Source: Octopus vulgaris (taxonomy: Eukaryota). From it: DNA of 64,000 bases. Within the stretch, counting starts at the first letter, position 1, and every line of letters starts with the position of its first letter. Under the pieces are notes generated by a model. That model saw only the letters and a list, made by a program, of their open reading frames with translations, was not told where the DNA came from and did not search any database. Where the stretch lies: the NCBI GenBank assembly GCA_951406725.2, contig OX597824.1, positions 94,736,001 through 94,800,000 of the forward strand, read 5' to 3'. Shown piece after piece: positions 34,103 through 49,094 of the stretch. The position numbers and the translations under genes are program-made.

Positions 34103-34195
<93 letters not shown>

Positions 34196-34740
34196 TATAC
34201 ATATATCTGTGTGTATATAAATACATACAATATTCCTATCACTTGGACATCTAACATGTTCTGTTAGTATGTCTGCTATAGATTATGACGTTAAATTTCT
34301 CATCTTTTCTTCTTTTTTTTTTCCCCCATTCTCTTTTTGTTTATTCTTTTCTCTTTTCCAAACAACAATGCTAAAATGTAGCACTAAGAAAATAACACTG
34401 ACTGATGTTTATACCAAATATAGAAGAAATTTGTTTTTTGTGTTCATTGTTAGATTTGCTTTGCACATATTATTTTGCCTGGAGAGAATTTCTAAAATCA
34501 GTTGTCCATGAAAGGCATTATGTTTGTGAATTCTGAATAAGATTCAGCTTTTGAACTTTTACATATTCTTCATAGAGTTGTCACTACAACTTCAATGATG
34601 TTGAATTATTTGTAACCATGTTTAATCTTTGAGTACAGTTGTCATATTTCGTGGTTTCCTTAGAGATAGATAACTAAGAGCTTGAAGATATATGTATGTA
34701 ATTTATGTTGGAGAAGTAGAACTAGACAGATTTACGTGCA

Positions 34741-34771
<31 letters not shown>

Positions 34772-35270
34772 CAAAAGAGAATGAGTGAAAGATGGAGAGA
34801 GAGAGAAAACTTTGAGGAAGAATTTAATAGTAGTAGCAGTTATACTGAGAATTTCAACTGTCAATGATGCTAAGGAAATTAAAAAAAAATTGGTTTTGGA
34901 AATAGTTTAAGAGCACAGACATGTTGTCATCTCTACACGCTATATTAATGCTTTTGTCTACAAAAAGTTGATTTTGAAGATTTTTCTGTTTGCTTGTTGT
35001 TCACCTGTTTGAGTCGTTGAGACAAGGTATTTGTGTGTGATTCAGAACAGTTGACTGGCCACCAGATAGAAAGATGTCGCTTTTAGAATTTTTGGGTGGA
35101 AAAATGAAGCAAACACACGACTGTAATTAAAGGAACTTGAAAAAAAGAATTGAAAAAAATTTTTTTTGAAAAAAAGAATTGAAAAAAAATTTTTTTGTCT
35201 GGAATATTGGTTCAAGAAAATCCTCAAAACCCAGCATTTCAACGTTTAGTAACAAGTTGTCGAAATAATA

Positions 35271-35302
<32 letters not shown>

Positions 35303-35794
35303 GGTGATGATGATGATGGTGATAAAATAATAATAATAATAATAATAATCATCATCATCGTTTAGCGTCTGCTTTCCATGCTGGCATGGGTTGGAGGGTT
35401 CAACCGGGGTCTGGGAAGCCAGGAGGCTGCGCCAGGCTCATGTCTGATCTGGCAATGTTTCTACGGCTGGATGCCCTTCCTAACGCCAACCACTCCGTGA
35501 GTGTAGTGGGTGCTTTTTATGTGCCACCGGCACAGGTGCCAGATGAGGCTGGCAAACGGCCACGATCGGATGGAGATTTGTACGTGCCATAATAATAATA
35601 ATAACAATAATAATAATAATAATAATTAATTCGTTTATTGGCCACAAGGGCTAACAAAAGTCAAATAAAACATGTAAGGACAAAATACAGGACGAAAGTT
35701 ACAAAAAGGGTTTTGTGCGTTTGGAAATGCAAGATAACAACGAAAATATAACAAGTAAAAACTCCCAATAGCGGGGAGGCGCTTCGAAAGGTTA

Positions 35795-36198
35795 CTCTTT
35801 ACTCTCTCTTACTTGTTTCAGTCATTCGACTGCGGCCATACTGGAGCACCGCCTTTAGTCGAGCAAATTGACCCCAGGACTTATTCTTTGTAAGCCCAGT
35901 ACTTATTCTATGGGTCTCTTTTGCCGAACTGCTAAGTGACGGGGACGTAAACACCAGCATCGGTTGTCAAGCAATGCTAGGGGGACAAACACAGACACAC
36001 AAACACACACACATATATATATATATATATACATATATATGACAGGCTTCTTTCAGTTTCCGTCTACCAAATCCACTCACAAGGCATTGGTCGGCCCAGG
36101 GCTATAGCAGAAGACACTTGCCCAAGATGTCACGCAGTGGGACTGAACCCGGAACCATGTGGTTGGTTAGCAAGCTACTTACCACACAGCCACTCCTA
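35795..36198 (-). mobile_element. SINE family 1, probably young
   Basis: Full-length reverse copy. Confidence 0.85.
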
Positions 36199-36904
36199 CT
36201 CGTGGACAAACCCATAAAAACAATGGGAGCCTGGTCAAAAAGGGGGGTAGAGAGCCCCTTTCTAATAATAAATTCTTTTATTTGCCACAAACAAAATATA
36301 AAATGACATACAACAACATAAAAGATAAAAACAGGACGATACAATGGGTTTTCGTGTATACATAATATAATAACAATTAAAATTGAACAAATTAAAGCTC
36401 CTAATAGGAGAGGCACTTTAAGGTCCTTGTGGAAAAATCCCACAAAAGTGCTTGTCTTTAGCACTTTCAAATGGGTCCACCATGCCACCTCTTTCACTAC
36501 AGCCACTAGACAAATAAAAATTGCCTGCCCCTCCCAGCCAAAATAATAATGATAATCCTTTCTATTACAGGCACAAGGCACTAGTGTAGCTAGGGTGGAG
36601 GAGGCAGTAGGGACGGTCCACCCCGGGTGGCATGTTTGGGTCTGCTGTAGGCAATATGTATTTTTTGTGGGGGACAGCACACACTCTATCTATGCTAGGG
36701 GCACAAGGCCTGAAATTTGTGGGGAGGGGACTAGTTGATTACATCGACCCCAGTGCGCAACTGGTACTTATTTTATGGACCCCCAAAAGGATGAAAGTCA
36801 AAGTCCACTTCAATGGAATTTGAATTTGGAACATAAAAACAGATGAAATGCTGGTGAACATTTTGCCAGGTGTGCCAACAATTCTGCCAACTTGCTACCT
36901 TAAA

Positions 36905-37415
36905 CATCATCATCATCATCGTTTAACGTCTGCTTTCCATGCTAGCATGGGTTGGACGATTTGACTGAGGGCTGGCGAACCAGATGGCTGCACCAGACTC
37001 CAATCTGATCTAGCAATGTTTCTACAGCTGGATGCCCTTCCTAACACCAACCACTCCGTGAGTGTAGTGGGTACTTTTACATGTCACCGGCACGAGGGCC
37101 AGTCAAGCGGTACTGGCATGCTCAAATGGTGTTTTTTACATGCCGCCTGCACAGGAGCCAGTCCAGTGGCACTGGCAACGACCTTGCTCGAATGCCTTTT
37201 CACGTGCCAGTAAGGCGATGCTGGTAATGATCACGCTCGAATGGTGCTTTTTACGTGCCACTGGCATGGAAGTCAGACAGCTGCTCTGGCAACAATCACA
37301 CTCGGATGGTGCTCTTAGTGCTCCACTAACATGGATACCAGTCATCGAATCTGATTTCGATTTCGATTTCACTTGCCTCAACAGGTCTTTGCAAGCAGAG
37401 TTTAGTGTCCAATGA
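36905..37415 (-). mobile_element. VNTR-containing retroposon, same family as 11040-11720
   Basis: Diverged repeat units plus the shared tail ending in (GAT)n. Confidence 0.7.
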
Positions 37416-37659
37416 AAGAAAATGATAATAACAATCCTTTCTACTAAAAGGTACAAGGCCTGAAATTTTGGGGGAGGGGATGAATTGATTACATTGACCC
37501 CAGTGTTTCACTGGTACTTAATTTATCAACCTTGAAAGGATGAAAGGCAAAGTCGCCTTTGGTAGAATTTGAACTCAGAATGTAGAAATGGGCAAAATGT
37601 CACTAAGAATTTTGTCCAGTGTGTTAATGATTCTACCAGCTCACCACCCAATAATAATG

Positions 37660-37880
37660 CATCAGATCTCTGCAGAATGTGTGGGAAGAGAGATGAAAGT
37701 GTGACTCACATTGTTAGTGCTTGTGAAAGTCTTGCACAGAAAGAGTACAAGTGTAGACACAACAAAGAAGCCCCAAACCTCCACTGGCTACTATGCCGTA
37801 AGTATGGAATTGAGATTATGGGTGCTTGGTACCAACATACATTGGAAAAGGTAATGGATAAAAAGGGAAAGGCAAAAAAG
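37660..37880 (+). mobile_element. R4/Dong-like non-LTR retrotransposon fragment
   Basis: CRMCGKRDESVTHIVSAC (CCHC knuckle) followed by LAQKEYKCRHN...LHW.LC.KYG...WYQH. Confidence 0.8.
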
Positions 37881-40800
37881 GGGAAGGCTATGTGTTGTGT
37901 CCTTGAGTAAGACACTTTATTTCACGTCACTCCAATTCACTTGGCTGTAGAAATGAGTTGTGACATCACTGGTGCCAAGCTGTATCGGCCCCTTTGCCTT
38001 TCCCTTGGATAACCTCGGCGGTAATGAGAGGGGAGGCTGGTATGCATGGGCGGCTGCTGTTCTTCCATAAACAACCTTGCCCGGACTTGTGCCTCAGAGG
38101 GGAACTTTCTAGGTGTGATCCCATGGTCATTCTTGACCGAAGGGGGTCTTTACCCTTTATCTGATATTTATATGAGATCTCTACTGCACTTTTCAGCATT
38201 CTCACTGTCCATAACAGGCTGGTTTAATGGGAATTTTCTTCTTTTCTGATTTAACTACCTGTAGTAGTGTGAAGGTGCATGGCTTAGTGGTCAAGGCACT
38301 CGGCTCACAATCATAAGGTGATTAGTACAATACCCAGTGGTGCATTATGCCCTTGAGCAAGATGCTTTATTTCATATTGCTCCAGTCCATTCAACCATCA
38401 AAAATGAGTAGAACAGTACCTATATTTCAAAGGGCCAGCCTTGACATATTCTGTGTCATGCTGATTCTCCCTCAGAACTAAGTTAAGGGTATCCACATCT
38501 ATGGAGTACTCAGCCACTTGCATGTTAATTTCACAAGCAGGCTGTTCCATTAGTCGGATCAACTGCAATACTCATCATTATAAGCAATGGCGAGCCAGTG
38601 CCAATTACCTGTGGTAGTTAATCGCTTTGCTTAATCTTCTAATTCCATTTGTCAAGATCCTACAATTGGCGCAAATACCAGCTGTGTATTGGGGTCAATG
38701 TAAGCAAATAGTCCTCTCTCCCAAAATTTCAGGCCTTGTGCCTGCAGCAGAAAAGATTATTTGTTCTGGTTCTCTACTTTCTGGGTTCAGATTCCACTGA
38801 GATCAATGTTGTATTTTTTATTCTCCAGGGTTGATAAAATACTACTCAAACATTGTCTCTCCTTTTCTCTTTCAGAATCAGTTACATTGTGCTTTGAAAA
38901 AAAGGTTATGAGGTACCATAGACAGTATCCCTTTCTCAAAAATAGAGAAAATTTGGACCTGATCTTCTTGTCATAGAAACACTTAAAAAGCTAGTGGAAC
39001 CTTCCAGAAATGGACAGTGTGCACGCCATCATGGAATTGAAATGCTTATGACTTCATTGCTGACTACAAATTTCATTCTATTTTTTAAAGTCATTTGGGA
39101 GCTTGTGGTGGGGATTTGGCAGATTTCTCTTGTTTACCTCTAGGTTAATCCCAAAGTAGCTGTCCCTTTTGTTCTATGTACCTAGGATTGCTTTTTCTAA
39201 TAAATTTTTCTTAAAGCAGTGCAGTGTAATTTGAGGGAATTTGGTTGTTATTTCTACAGATCAACCATATAGAAGAGGCTTCCACTTTGACGTTATTTAG
39301 CTCCAGGTCAACTCTGATCAAAAGCTTGCCACGCATGACCATCACGTCTTAGTTTATGATGTATTATGTCAAAGACTACATTCTCCATTGTGCCTTCCTT
39401 TTTTCAAAAATAAAGTGTGATTTGAGGGAGATTTGATTGTCGTTTCTAGCAGTTCGAACGACCACATCGAAGCTTCCACGTTTGCTGCAGTATCCACTAA
39501 AATGAAAGACATTTCGGCCTTGACCTCCCCGTCTTATCTGTGGTAAGTAAAATTACATTATCTCATGCTTCTTTTCCTAACTCGAGACACAATAAGGTGT
39601 GATTTGAGGGAGGTTGGCTGTTATTTCTAGTAAGTCGAACGAACGCGCAGAGGCTTTCTTAAAGTAGAAATGGTGGAATGCTTTGCAGAATTTAATTCCA
39701 CCACTCTCTATGCAGGGTTAAAAATCATACAGTTAACTGACATTGTCTTTCAACATTCTCAAGCCAATAAATAATACCTGGCACATCTTGAGATCAATTA
39801 GTTGGAAATCTCTCCACCTTCTTAGAAACGTGTGGCCTTGCACAACAGAAATCATTAATGTTGCTATTGTTCATTTCTTTTATTCTACCTTCTTTTTTAC
39901 TGATTATCAATATTTTCTTATTAATTCTGGTGAATTGATGTTCGTCTGAACAAGACTCTATCTGCAGGTACCACAGTAAAGCTTAATGACTAGATACGTC
40001 AATACTTTCAATATTATGTACGTTGTTCAGTTATGCAGTCTCCTTTCTGCATTTTGTATGCTTCAAGGACCTTGGGAGGCGGCTTTCTAGCTGAACTCCT
40101 CGTTATCATTATTGTGGCAAACTAGTTGTAGTCTTCTGTTCATAGTAAAACAGAATTAACTTCCATTCGTGATTCCTGTTTTGTAGTGGCCTCACTTAAC
40201 GTCTTAAATAAATACCTGTCTCCTTTCTTTCAACTACCAATTCTTTCAGCCTTCGAAGGTCAATGAAAGTATCAGTGATATACTGCAACGATTCGGTCCT
40301 TCCATTAGCAGCATCACTGGCGAGTGGCCTACATGTTAAAGCAAACTTCTCGACAATCAAAAAATCATCTTCTTGTCACAAATAGCAGTTAATCATTTTG
40401 ATTCACCTAACCATTTAATTGCTTGGGAAAATGCACGGGCATTCCTTCATCCACTAACTCCCCATTGAATTGAACATATAAACTTTTATGCCAATGTAAG
40501 AATAGACGAAGTCAGCCAAGAGGCTTCATGGTATCAATTTAGCGCTCTCGATGTTTCGAGTTCAAATCCCACCGGAGCAGATTTTGAATTTCATCATTCC
40601 ACGGTCGATGAAGCATGTATCATTAACATCACTAAATAAATGGATTCGTCTATACAACTTCTTTATAAATGTTGGCTTTGATCATAGATATAAAAAAATC
40701 ATTATTTCTATTCTTACAATTCCTATCATCATAACACTAATTATAGTTACAATTTGAAAAGTAAACATGGCAGTAATCTAATCTTTGGTTGAACTACAAC

Positions 40801-42105
40801 CATTTCATGATTTCCTGCAGGCAACATTCGAAATCTTTCTGTTGAGGTCGGCAACAAGTCAGAAAATAAAAGCTAGAATCACAGTCCATTATATATATAT
40901 AACCTTCTACATTATATAAATATAAAACCTTCTACATTATATATACACATATATATAACGTGTGTGCATATATATTATATTGTCTGATGTTCGGGTTAAA
41001 TTTCAAACTAACACTTCCCAAGATTTGTTTGAGAAATGAATAACCAAAACCTAATTTAGATTGAAGCTCTGCTCAATTTGTTATTGTGCTGTGCGTGTGT
41101 ACATGTATGTGTGTATGTAGACAGAGAGAGAGATAGATGTTTTCCCAAGACACAATATAGAGAGAGACATTTATTCCAGACACACACATACACCAAACTA
41201 CAGATATTTTATGCATAAATTTCCGCTCAGTGTGAGTGTATGTAAATATCCATGCATGTAAGGCATGCCAATACACGTCGTATGTGTTTGATATGGTGAG
41301 GCGAGTAGGGGAGGGGACCAATTCTAAAAATTCTAGCCATACGAGGCATTTTCGAGTCTTAAACTTAACTCTTCATGGCTAAGAGCTAACACTAATAATT
41401 GTAATTTATTCAGTTTTTAATATCTGTATATTTATTTTTAGGTGTTTCATCAATATTTAACACATAAAAATCATCATGTGGACCCTGATTTTATAACTAA
41501 TCCTACATATTTATATACATATATATATATATAGTATATGTAGTGTGTATGTGTGTATTCATCTATTTAGTGGTGGTCTGGAGAAATGTCTGTTTATATA
41601 GTCAGCCCGTTCGCATGTGTATTGAAATGTGGCTTTTCTTTATTTGGAAATTCAATGGCAGAATTAAAAAAAAATTAACACAGAAATGCTGTTAGTTAGA
41701 AACGTTCTTTTAATATACTGTGAGAAATTGTTTGCAACACTAATGGTAATAATAATAATGAAAAAAAAAGTTTTATTTTCTGCGCGAACAGTGTCTTTCA
41801 TTCCACCTTCCCGAATTACACGACATTAAAAGCCGTACTTCCGGAATCCACACAGTAGCAGAGAGAGAGTTAAGAAGAGAAAAAAAATCCCCTCGCTTTA
41901 AAATCAGAGATGACTTTGTAAAATGGTGAGTTGGATTTTTATTTAGCAATCGTAATCTACTAGCTGTGGGTTTGCGCTTGACGAGGAGACGGCGTGTTTT
42001 TCAGTGATGAAGTTTGGCCAAAGCCAGCCGAAAAAGCCAAGTCGCTCTTTCTTGGTCGTCGTCTTCGAGGCGCAATGCATGCTGGGTAATCGTAACTTGT
42101 CTAAT

Positions 42106-42126
42106 ATGGCGCTGACCAGATGGGAG
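42106..42126 (+). other. Candidate first coding exon (MALTRWE) of an unidentified gene
   Basis: AATATGGCG start context, GAG|GTAATG donor, CpG-rich upstream sequence; no downstream exons identified. Confidence 0.3.
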
Positions 42127-42354
42127 GTAATGTTATTTGTTTCTTCTACTTTTCTCAGCCTTTTTCTTAGCTCCAGCCTTCTCTTTCTCAATTAACACAT
42201 TGCATTCTAGAATCGTGCTAACCACATAGCTTTCTCACTTCGATTCGTCTTATTCACTAATATTGACTGTTCGCCTAAAGATGTTGTTTGTTCCATTCTG
42301 ATGTTGCTTTGCTGCACCAACACACACAGACACACACACATATATGTATATATA

Positions 42355-42700
42355 CAGGAGTTGAGAGCGCTAATATGAAGAAATAATATGTGATAGGTAA
42401 ATAAATACATATTTTTACAACCATCCAGCATTCTGAACCCCTTTTTCTTTCATATGCCTTAAATCTGTCCATCACCCCAAATACTTCCAACATATATACA
42501 CATATATATATATACACATCTATAACTACAGGAGGAGTTGAGAGCGCTAAAATGAAGAAATAATACATGATAGGTAAATAAATATGTATTTTTACGACCA
42601 TCCAGCATTCTGAGCACCTTTTTCTTTCATAAATATTAAATCTGTCCATCACCCTCAATACTTCTAACATATATACACACATATATATATATATATATAT
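42355..42700. repeat. Tandem duplication, two diverged units of about 180 bp
   Basis: ggagttgagagcgctaa...gataggtaaataaat...ccatccagcattctga occurs twice. Confidence 0.85.
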
Positions 42701-44564
42701 ATACATGTGGCTACTTATGCACACCCTCACGTCTATCTTTAATTTTTTTTCTTTTAATTAATTGTCTTCCTTAATCGTAATTTTCTCTCATCTCCAGATG
42801 TGTATCTAATCACATATGTAAATACACACTTATATATATGTACACAAACGGCTTTTTTTCCCTCCCTGAAACACCATTTAAGCATCTAAGATCGATGTCT
42901 TGTATGGCATTAAGAGGCATCCCTCCTCTTGTAGTTGTAACTTGTTTCGTCGACTCTGGATCATGGCATCGTTTGTAATTTCATTCCTGCTCTCCTACAT
43001 GACTATATTTCTTCTTGCGCTGTCTAATTTTTCGTTTGTAGACCTAAAACCAACTGCTTTTATCCTCGACTTTCTGTCACGTATCTCCCACTCACTTCCT
43101 ACGTGTCGCAGCCTGCTGTTTTTCAACATCAACATTTGCCAGAATTTCTCTTTCCATTTTAAAACGAAACCGAAATCTTCCAAAGTTTCCTAATTTACTA
43201 ACAGAATAAAATACGTTCGACCCGTTCCCTTCTTCAAACTGACTTATTATATCCTCTTTCCTATCGAATTTCAACTTCTCGATGCTGATGTGAGAGAAGA
43301 AACTCAGAAAGGTTAGAAAATTTCCATGATGCGGCCATTTCTTGACATCTGGTTTACAATCAGAGCTAATTTGTTTCTTATAACTTTCAGTTTTATGTTT
43401 TTACAAAATGATTTTACAAAGCTCTTCTTCCCACCAATGAACAACAATGCTATGATAGTAATTACTTTTATAAAATCTTCATTCTTGTTGAATCGTTAAA
43501 TTTCCTTCTCCTAATCCTTAATTAAAACTGTTTCGCAAGAACTGTTATCTCTAGATATGGAAGCCGAAAAACTGTTTTATTTCACTGTTTGAATATTTTT
43601 CTACAATCATCCTACTCACAGCGAAGATTTTGATGAGAAAATATTACGGGGCTTCATTGTCTTACAAGATCTATATATATATATATATATTTTTATTTAT
43701 AAAAAAAATCCTTCACTGCAACCAACCAACCCTCCACGTCGGTGTGTTGTTTCTTTTTAGCTGGTGCCATCCTTTAGAAATTTTCTGTTTGTATTGAAGA
43801 AACATCAGTGAAGCGTTGAAGATGCTTTTCGAAATAGTTTTTCTTGAACATTTCTCAAGAATAGAGCGATGCTTTCAAAGATTTCCACAAGAACTGAACA
43901 CCATAAATGTAGTTTTCGCAGGGGTTTAAAATAAAATATATGTTGCCACCTCTCTTGGCATCGTTAGAACAGCTATTCCACTTGTATTCCTGAAAATATT
44001 ACCCCGTTACTCTACTAATAAATCATTTAAGAACAGATTTATTATTCAGGTCAAACTTGTAAGATTTACGCTTCTTTTCTCGAAAGAAAAACACCTCGAC
44101 CAATTAATAATTTCACTGACGAAACACTAATTAAATATTGTTCCTAGTTTTCGCGCACTCTATTGTTTCACTTTAATTGTCAAGTTCCTTTCGCTCGATG
44201 TTGGCATCGTGCAACATCTCAAAATCTTAGAATAAACAGTAAAGACTTCGATACTTGTCCCATTGATGGAGATGTCTGTGTGTGTGTGTGTGTAATGTTT
44301 TTATTGACGATAAATGTGATGTTATTCGATAAAGAGATATTGAATGTCGCTTGTTGTAAACTTGTGCACAACATGTAGACCAGTTTCGAAGCCGAAGCTT
44401 GCACGTTTTCACGACGATTATTACATTAATTTGGTGGGAATTTATTAGTATTGTTATTATTATTACTGTTTATTAGTGCTGCTATTATTATTATTATTAT
44501 TGTTGATGAGGAAAGTTGAACTGGGCTGATTGTCAAAATTCACTTTCGACGAGGCACAGAAAGA

Positions 44565-44900
44565 GAGAGAGATAGAGGGAGGGGGATGTTGTGAAAGAAA
44601 GAGAGGTGAAGAGAGATATAGATATAGAGGGAGGGGGATGTTGTGAAAGAAAGAGAGGTGAAGAGAGAGAGATATAGAGGGAGGGGGATGTTGTGAAAGA
44701 AAGAGAGGTGAAGAGAGATATAGATATAGAGGGAGGGGGATGTTGTGAAAGAGAGAGAGAGAGAGATGGAGGGGTATGTTGTTGAAAGAAAGAGAGGTGA
44801 AGAGAGAGATATATATAGAGGGAGGGGGAGTTTGAGAAAGAAAGAGATGAAGAGAGAGATATATATGTAGAGGGAGGGGTAGGTTGAGAAAGAGATAGAA
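44565..44900. repeat. Purine-rich minisatellite, units of about 50 bp, roughly 6 copies
   Basis: Recurrent GATATAGAGGGAGGGGGATGTTGTGAAAGAAAGAGAGGTGAAGAGAGA. Confidence 0.9.
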
Positions 44901-47273
44901 TAACTGAGAAAGGCGGAGGGAGAAGCGACTTTAATATCTTCCTATCTCGTAAACATCAGGTGTTTTACTACTACTACTACTACCACCACCATCACCACGA
45001 CGACGACTACTACTGCTACTAGCCTTTACTACTACCATCACCACCACGACTATTACCACCACCACCACCACTACTACTACTGTCAGCAACAACCTCTGCT
45101 CCATTTTAACTTTTCTCTCTCCAAACAGCCTGTCTCACACAAACACATACACGCACTCCTCTCTCTCTCTCTCTCTCCATTCCACTTGCTCTATATCAAA
45201 ACAACAAACCCCATAATATCTCTTCTCACTCTTCCACACCAAATATTCCTTCGTTTCTAGTCTAGATTTATTACTATTATTGTTGTTTTTTGTTTATTAG
45301 CTTTCGAAGTCTGCAGCGAGGGGCACTTGCCTCTCTTAATTGAGTTGTTCCATGATTTTTTTTCGGGTAATAAAAAAAACGAGGGAGGGGACTTTTGATT
45401 TATTTCTTCATCTATGTCGGGTCTATTCCCGTTTTAGTTGGTTGTTAGTTACTACTTGTAGATACTGGTGTGTGTAGTGGTGGCACTATTTTCATCTCAG
45501 TTCAACGAATTAACGGACGACTCCATCACTAAAACCTATGTTTTTTTTTTCAAATAAAATGGTGGTTTCATCGTGTTTCCACTCATCTAGTTCTGACAAG
45601 CTTTTTCTTTAATATATTTGCGTATATTTTATATATTTCCCGTTTATCATTGACATCTGATTAACCTTCAGTGAGAAATAGGGGAAGGGTTTTTTTTTTT
45701 TTGGAAAAAATTTACTCGTAAAAATTTAATGCGATTTCAGTTTAATTTTTTAATTATTTAATAAAAAAAGGTTGGGGTTTTTTTGTCAAATGTTAAAATG
45801 ATGTTGGGAAAGTGAAGAAAATGGAAATTTGATTTTGGTTTTTGTAAGTTATTAGGGAGAGAGACAGAGAGACTTAAAAGTTGGTGGCGAACTTGTTGAA
45901 TATATTGTTGTTGTCAGTTCGGTGTGGGTCGAGAAGAAGAAAGCTGACAGGGAGAGTTTTTTTATAAATAAATAAATATATAATGAAAATAGTGTGGTGT
46001 ACTTATGAAATGAGCACACTGACTAAATATTAATTAAATGGGTACAGGCTGATGTGAAATGATGTCGGTGGTTGCGCAGTGATGTGACAAACGATGAAAA
46101 GTTCACATGGTTGGAAGTGGTGTTTATTCTGCCACAACAGTTTCTAAAGTGGGTCACTGCAAACTTGAGAATAGTTGCTTACCTTCTTCTCAACACTTGC
46201 TGACCACTGTTCGTTCGTTTTTACTTGTTGCAACCGAGCTACATACATACTCCACACTTTAAAACTCAGGCCACAACAAACCTCTCTCTCTTCGAAACCA
46301 GCCAACAATAAAATTTTGGCAAAGGAGGAGCTGGCTTGTGGTGGCTGCCTGACATATTGCAGTCGGCAAAGCAAGAATTAATGCTAAAACAGTCGGCAGC
46401 GAACATCATGGTTCATAAAAACTAACAACACTTTGGAAAAACTAGATTCAAACCCAATTTATTTTTTTTTCGTCCGTTAAATAAATAAAATAACAATCAA
46501 ATTCTGATTTCAATTATATTTCAAGCCAACTCTCTGTGGAGTTTTAAAGATTTTTGCTTCTATGAATGTCAATTTTTTCATAGTTAAAAATAGTAATCTT
46601 GGTTGAAAAACGAATTGGTTTTATTTTATTATAAAGATTTTTCACTAATCTCGCACTAACCTTACTTGTGTAAATAATTGTTTTGTTTACTAAACTATAA
46701 ATTATTTATTTGACTTGCTGTAAGGTGAGTCAAAAGAGTTTTTCTTTCTTATTCTGTCTTTTATTTCTCTTAACTTCAGTTCTTCCCAACAGTTTTTTTT
46801 TCTTCTTCTTCTCTTAGTAGTAACCTCAATTTCTTTCTCTCTCTTGACAAGTTTTCTTTTACTCACTCCCTTTTCACTGTTTTAGACCTTGCATGACCCA
46901 GATAACTAAATGTAGGAGATCCAAAGGTTCACAAGTGTTTTTATTTTGTTATTTTAACCGACGTCAGTTGTTGAGTGGAGAAAAAAAAAATCTTTCATAT
47001 TTTAAATACAAGTTTAAAAGTAGAGGTCGAACACAAAGTGGTTTCCTTGTCGAAAAACCAACATTTTAAATTCTTGCTTCATACCAACAGAAGTTCTCTT
47101 TCAACACTTTAAAAACATACAATATAGTGTGTACATGTATGTATACATGTGTGTATATATATGCATGTGTATGCCTATGTGTGTGTATATATATATACAC
47201 ACACATACATATTTATGATTTAAGAGAATTCTATTTTCATACATGTATGTATATATATATGCATGTGTATGCC

Positions 47274-47325
<52 letters not shown>

Positions 47326-48668
47326 TATATATATTTATAATGATTTAAGAGAGTTCTATTTTCATACATCACTTTAAAGTGAATTTTTTTCTGCTTTTGT
47401 TATTAATTCAAAGATTTTCAGACGATGTAATATTTCGAAGATTGAGAATATTTTTAATTAGTTTTAGGCGATGAGAATTGTTGCATTAATTTGTAGCAAC
47501 ATAATATTCTTAAAAAAAAAAACGAAAATGATATTAGTTTGTGTCAAGTCAAAATTTAGCCTCCTTCATTCATCATCCACAATAAACCTTATCAAAAGTG
47601 AAGACTTGTTACTGTCTAAAGGTTTAAAACTGACTCTGATTAAATTGCTCTAACTGTAATTTTCAATGTCAAGCAGTTAATATTTAGAATACGTTGTATT
47701 TATTCAAATTATAGATTATGATAAAATTCCCTACTTGTATCTAGTAAGTATGTTACCAGCGTGTTTTTTAACTTTGTAAAATAAAGACAGAAAAATTAAG
47801 GTGCAAAATTATATTTGCTAAGTATCTAATAAATGAATTTATAAGCTTAGGTGTGTGTATAAGTAAAGCCTGACCCATAGCACAGCATTGATAATTTTTC
47901 ACAAGTTGCATATGAGTTTTTTAGGAACAATTAACACACACACACAGATATGAAGAATGTTCTCTGATGTATTTCTTCCTCAACCCCTATTGACGTGTGT
48001 GTGTATGTGTGTGCGCGCGCACAATACGTACACGTGAAACTGGTTGACATAGGCGACACCTTTATATTATTATTCAGCGAGCACAAGGGGATGATGACTG
48101 CAGGGTAAGCAGTGGCCAATATTGCGAGGAATGTAGGACAAGTAAATACATAGAAAGTCTTCTTCGCTGACATGAGACTGAATTATGATTAAAAGAAAAG
48201 GAAGAAAAGAAGAAAAAAACATGAATTCCTTAGCCTTTATGTTTTCTCTGGAACGTTGTTAATATTTTGCACCTACCCCACATGAGCTGTGGCCATTCAA
48301 AGCAGGTGAGGGGGGGGGAGGCATGACAGATAAAGAAGCAAATATCGTAAATCTATCGCATATTCATGTATGTAGAAAGCTCGCCATATGCGTGTTTGTG
48401 TATATTGCTCTCGTGTATGCCTATGCACATACGTGTACATGATTTATAATTGTGTAATTAGGCCTCTGTTTGTACAATCTGTGTATACACGTGTAGTCAC
48501 ATGTGTATAGAGATAGATAGATAGATAGATATGCATATGTGAATGCGTGGTCGTGTATATGTTTGTTTGTTTGTGTGTGTGTGTATGAATGTGCATGCAT
48601 AAATATGTGGGTATATATGTATATACTTGTGTAAATGCAGATATACATATGCATGTATAAATGAAATT

Positions 48669-48711
<43 letters not shown>

Positions 48712-48984
48712 TTAATTGTATAGATAGATGTGTGTCTGTGTGCACATAAATATGTAATTGGATATATTTGACTATGCTTGCATGTGTGTATATGGAATTA
48801 TATTCAGGTATATCTATGTGTGTGTGTGTGTATATATGTATAAGTATACACGAGTGTGTGTGTATGTGTATTATGTATAAATACATTTAAATAAGGTATA
48901 TGTATTATGTATATACATATAAGAATATATGTATACCCATACATTTGTAGTTATGTATACTTGTATATGTTATACATATTTCTA

Positions 48985-49094
48985 GTGGCGTGCTCCTGTA
49001 ATCCAGCTACTCGGAGGCTTGGTTGGTTGACCGGTTTGAGGATGGGAGCCCTGGTAGTCGGTCTTCTATGGCGATCGGGTGTCCACGCTAAGCT
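48985..49094 (+). pseudogene. 7SL (SRP) RNA-derived sequence, 5' ~110 nt only
   Basis: GTGGCGTGCTCCTGTAATCCAGCTACTCGGAGGCT...TTGAG...GGAG...CTATGGCGATCGGGTGTCCACGCTAAG is collinear with the 5' part of metazoan 7SL RNA as recalled; the S-domain core and 3' end are absent. Confidence 0.85.

Noticed and set aside
33658-34267. Cluster of ORFs on both strands
   Set aside because: (TA)n/(TG)n low-complexity sequence and the palindrome explain them.
36102-36680. 192-aa ORF with hydrophobic stretches
   Set aside because: It runs across a SINE head and a T-rich retroelement 3' end; a mosaic of repeats.
38876-38976. Plus-strand acceptor-like site (ccttttctctttcAG), and a similar one near 30477
   Set aside because: No recognisable protein in any frame and no linked exons; a lncRNA exon cannot be excluded but is unsupported.
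26300-41700. Head-to-head neighbour gene such as MCM7 (mammalian arrangement)
   Set aside because: No MCM-like or other recognisable coding exons were found upstream of AP4M1.
48985-49094. Functional 7SL RNA gene
   Set aside because: Only the 5' third is present, with no S-domain core, no 3' Alu strand and no oligo-T terminator; it is fused to a retroposon tail.
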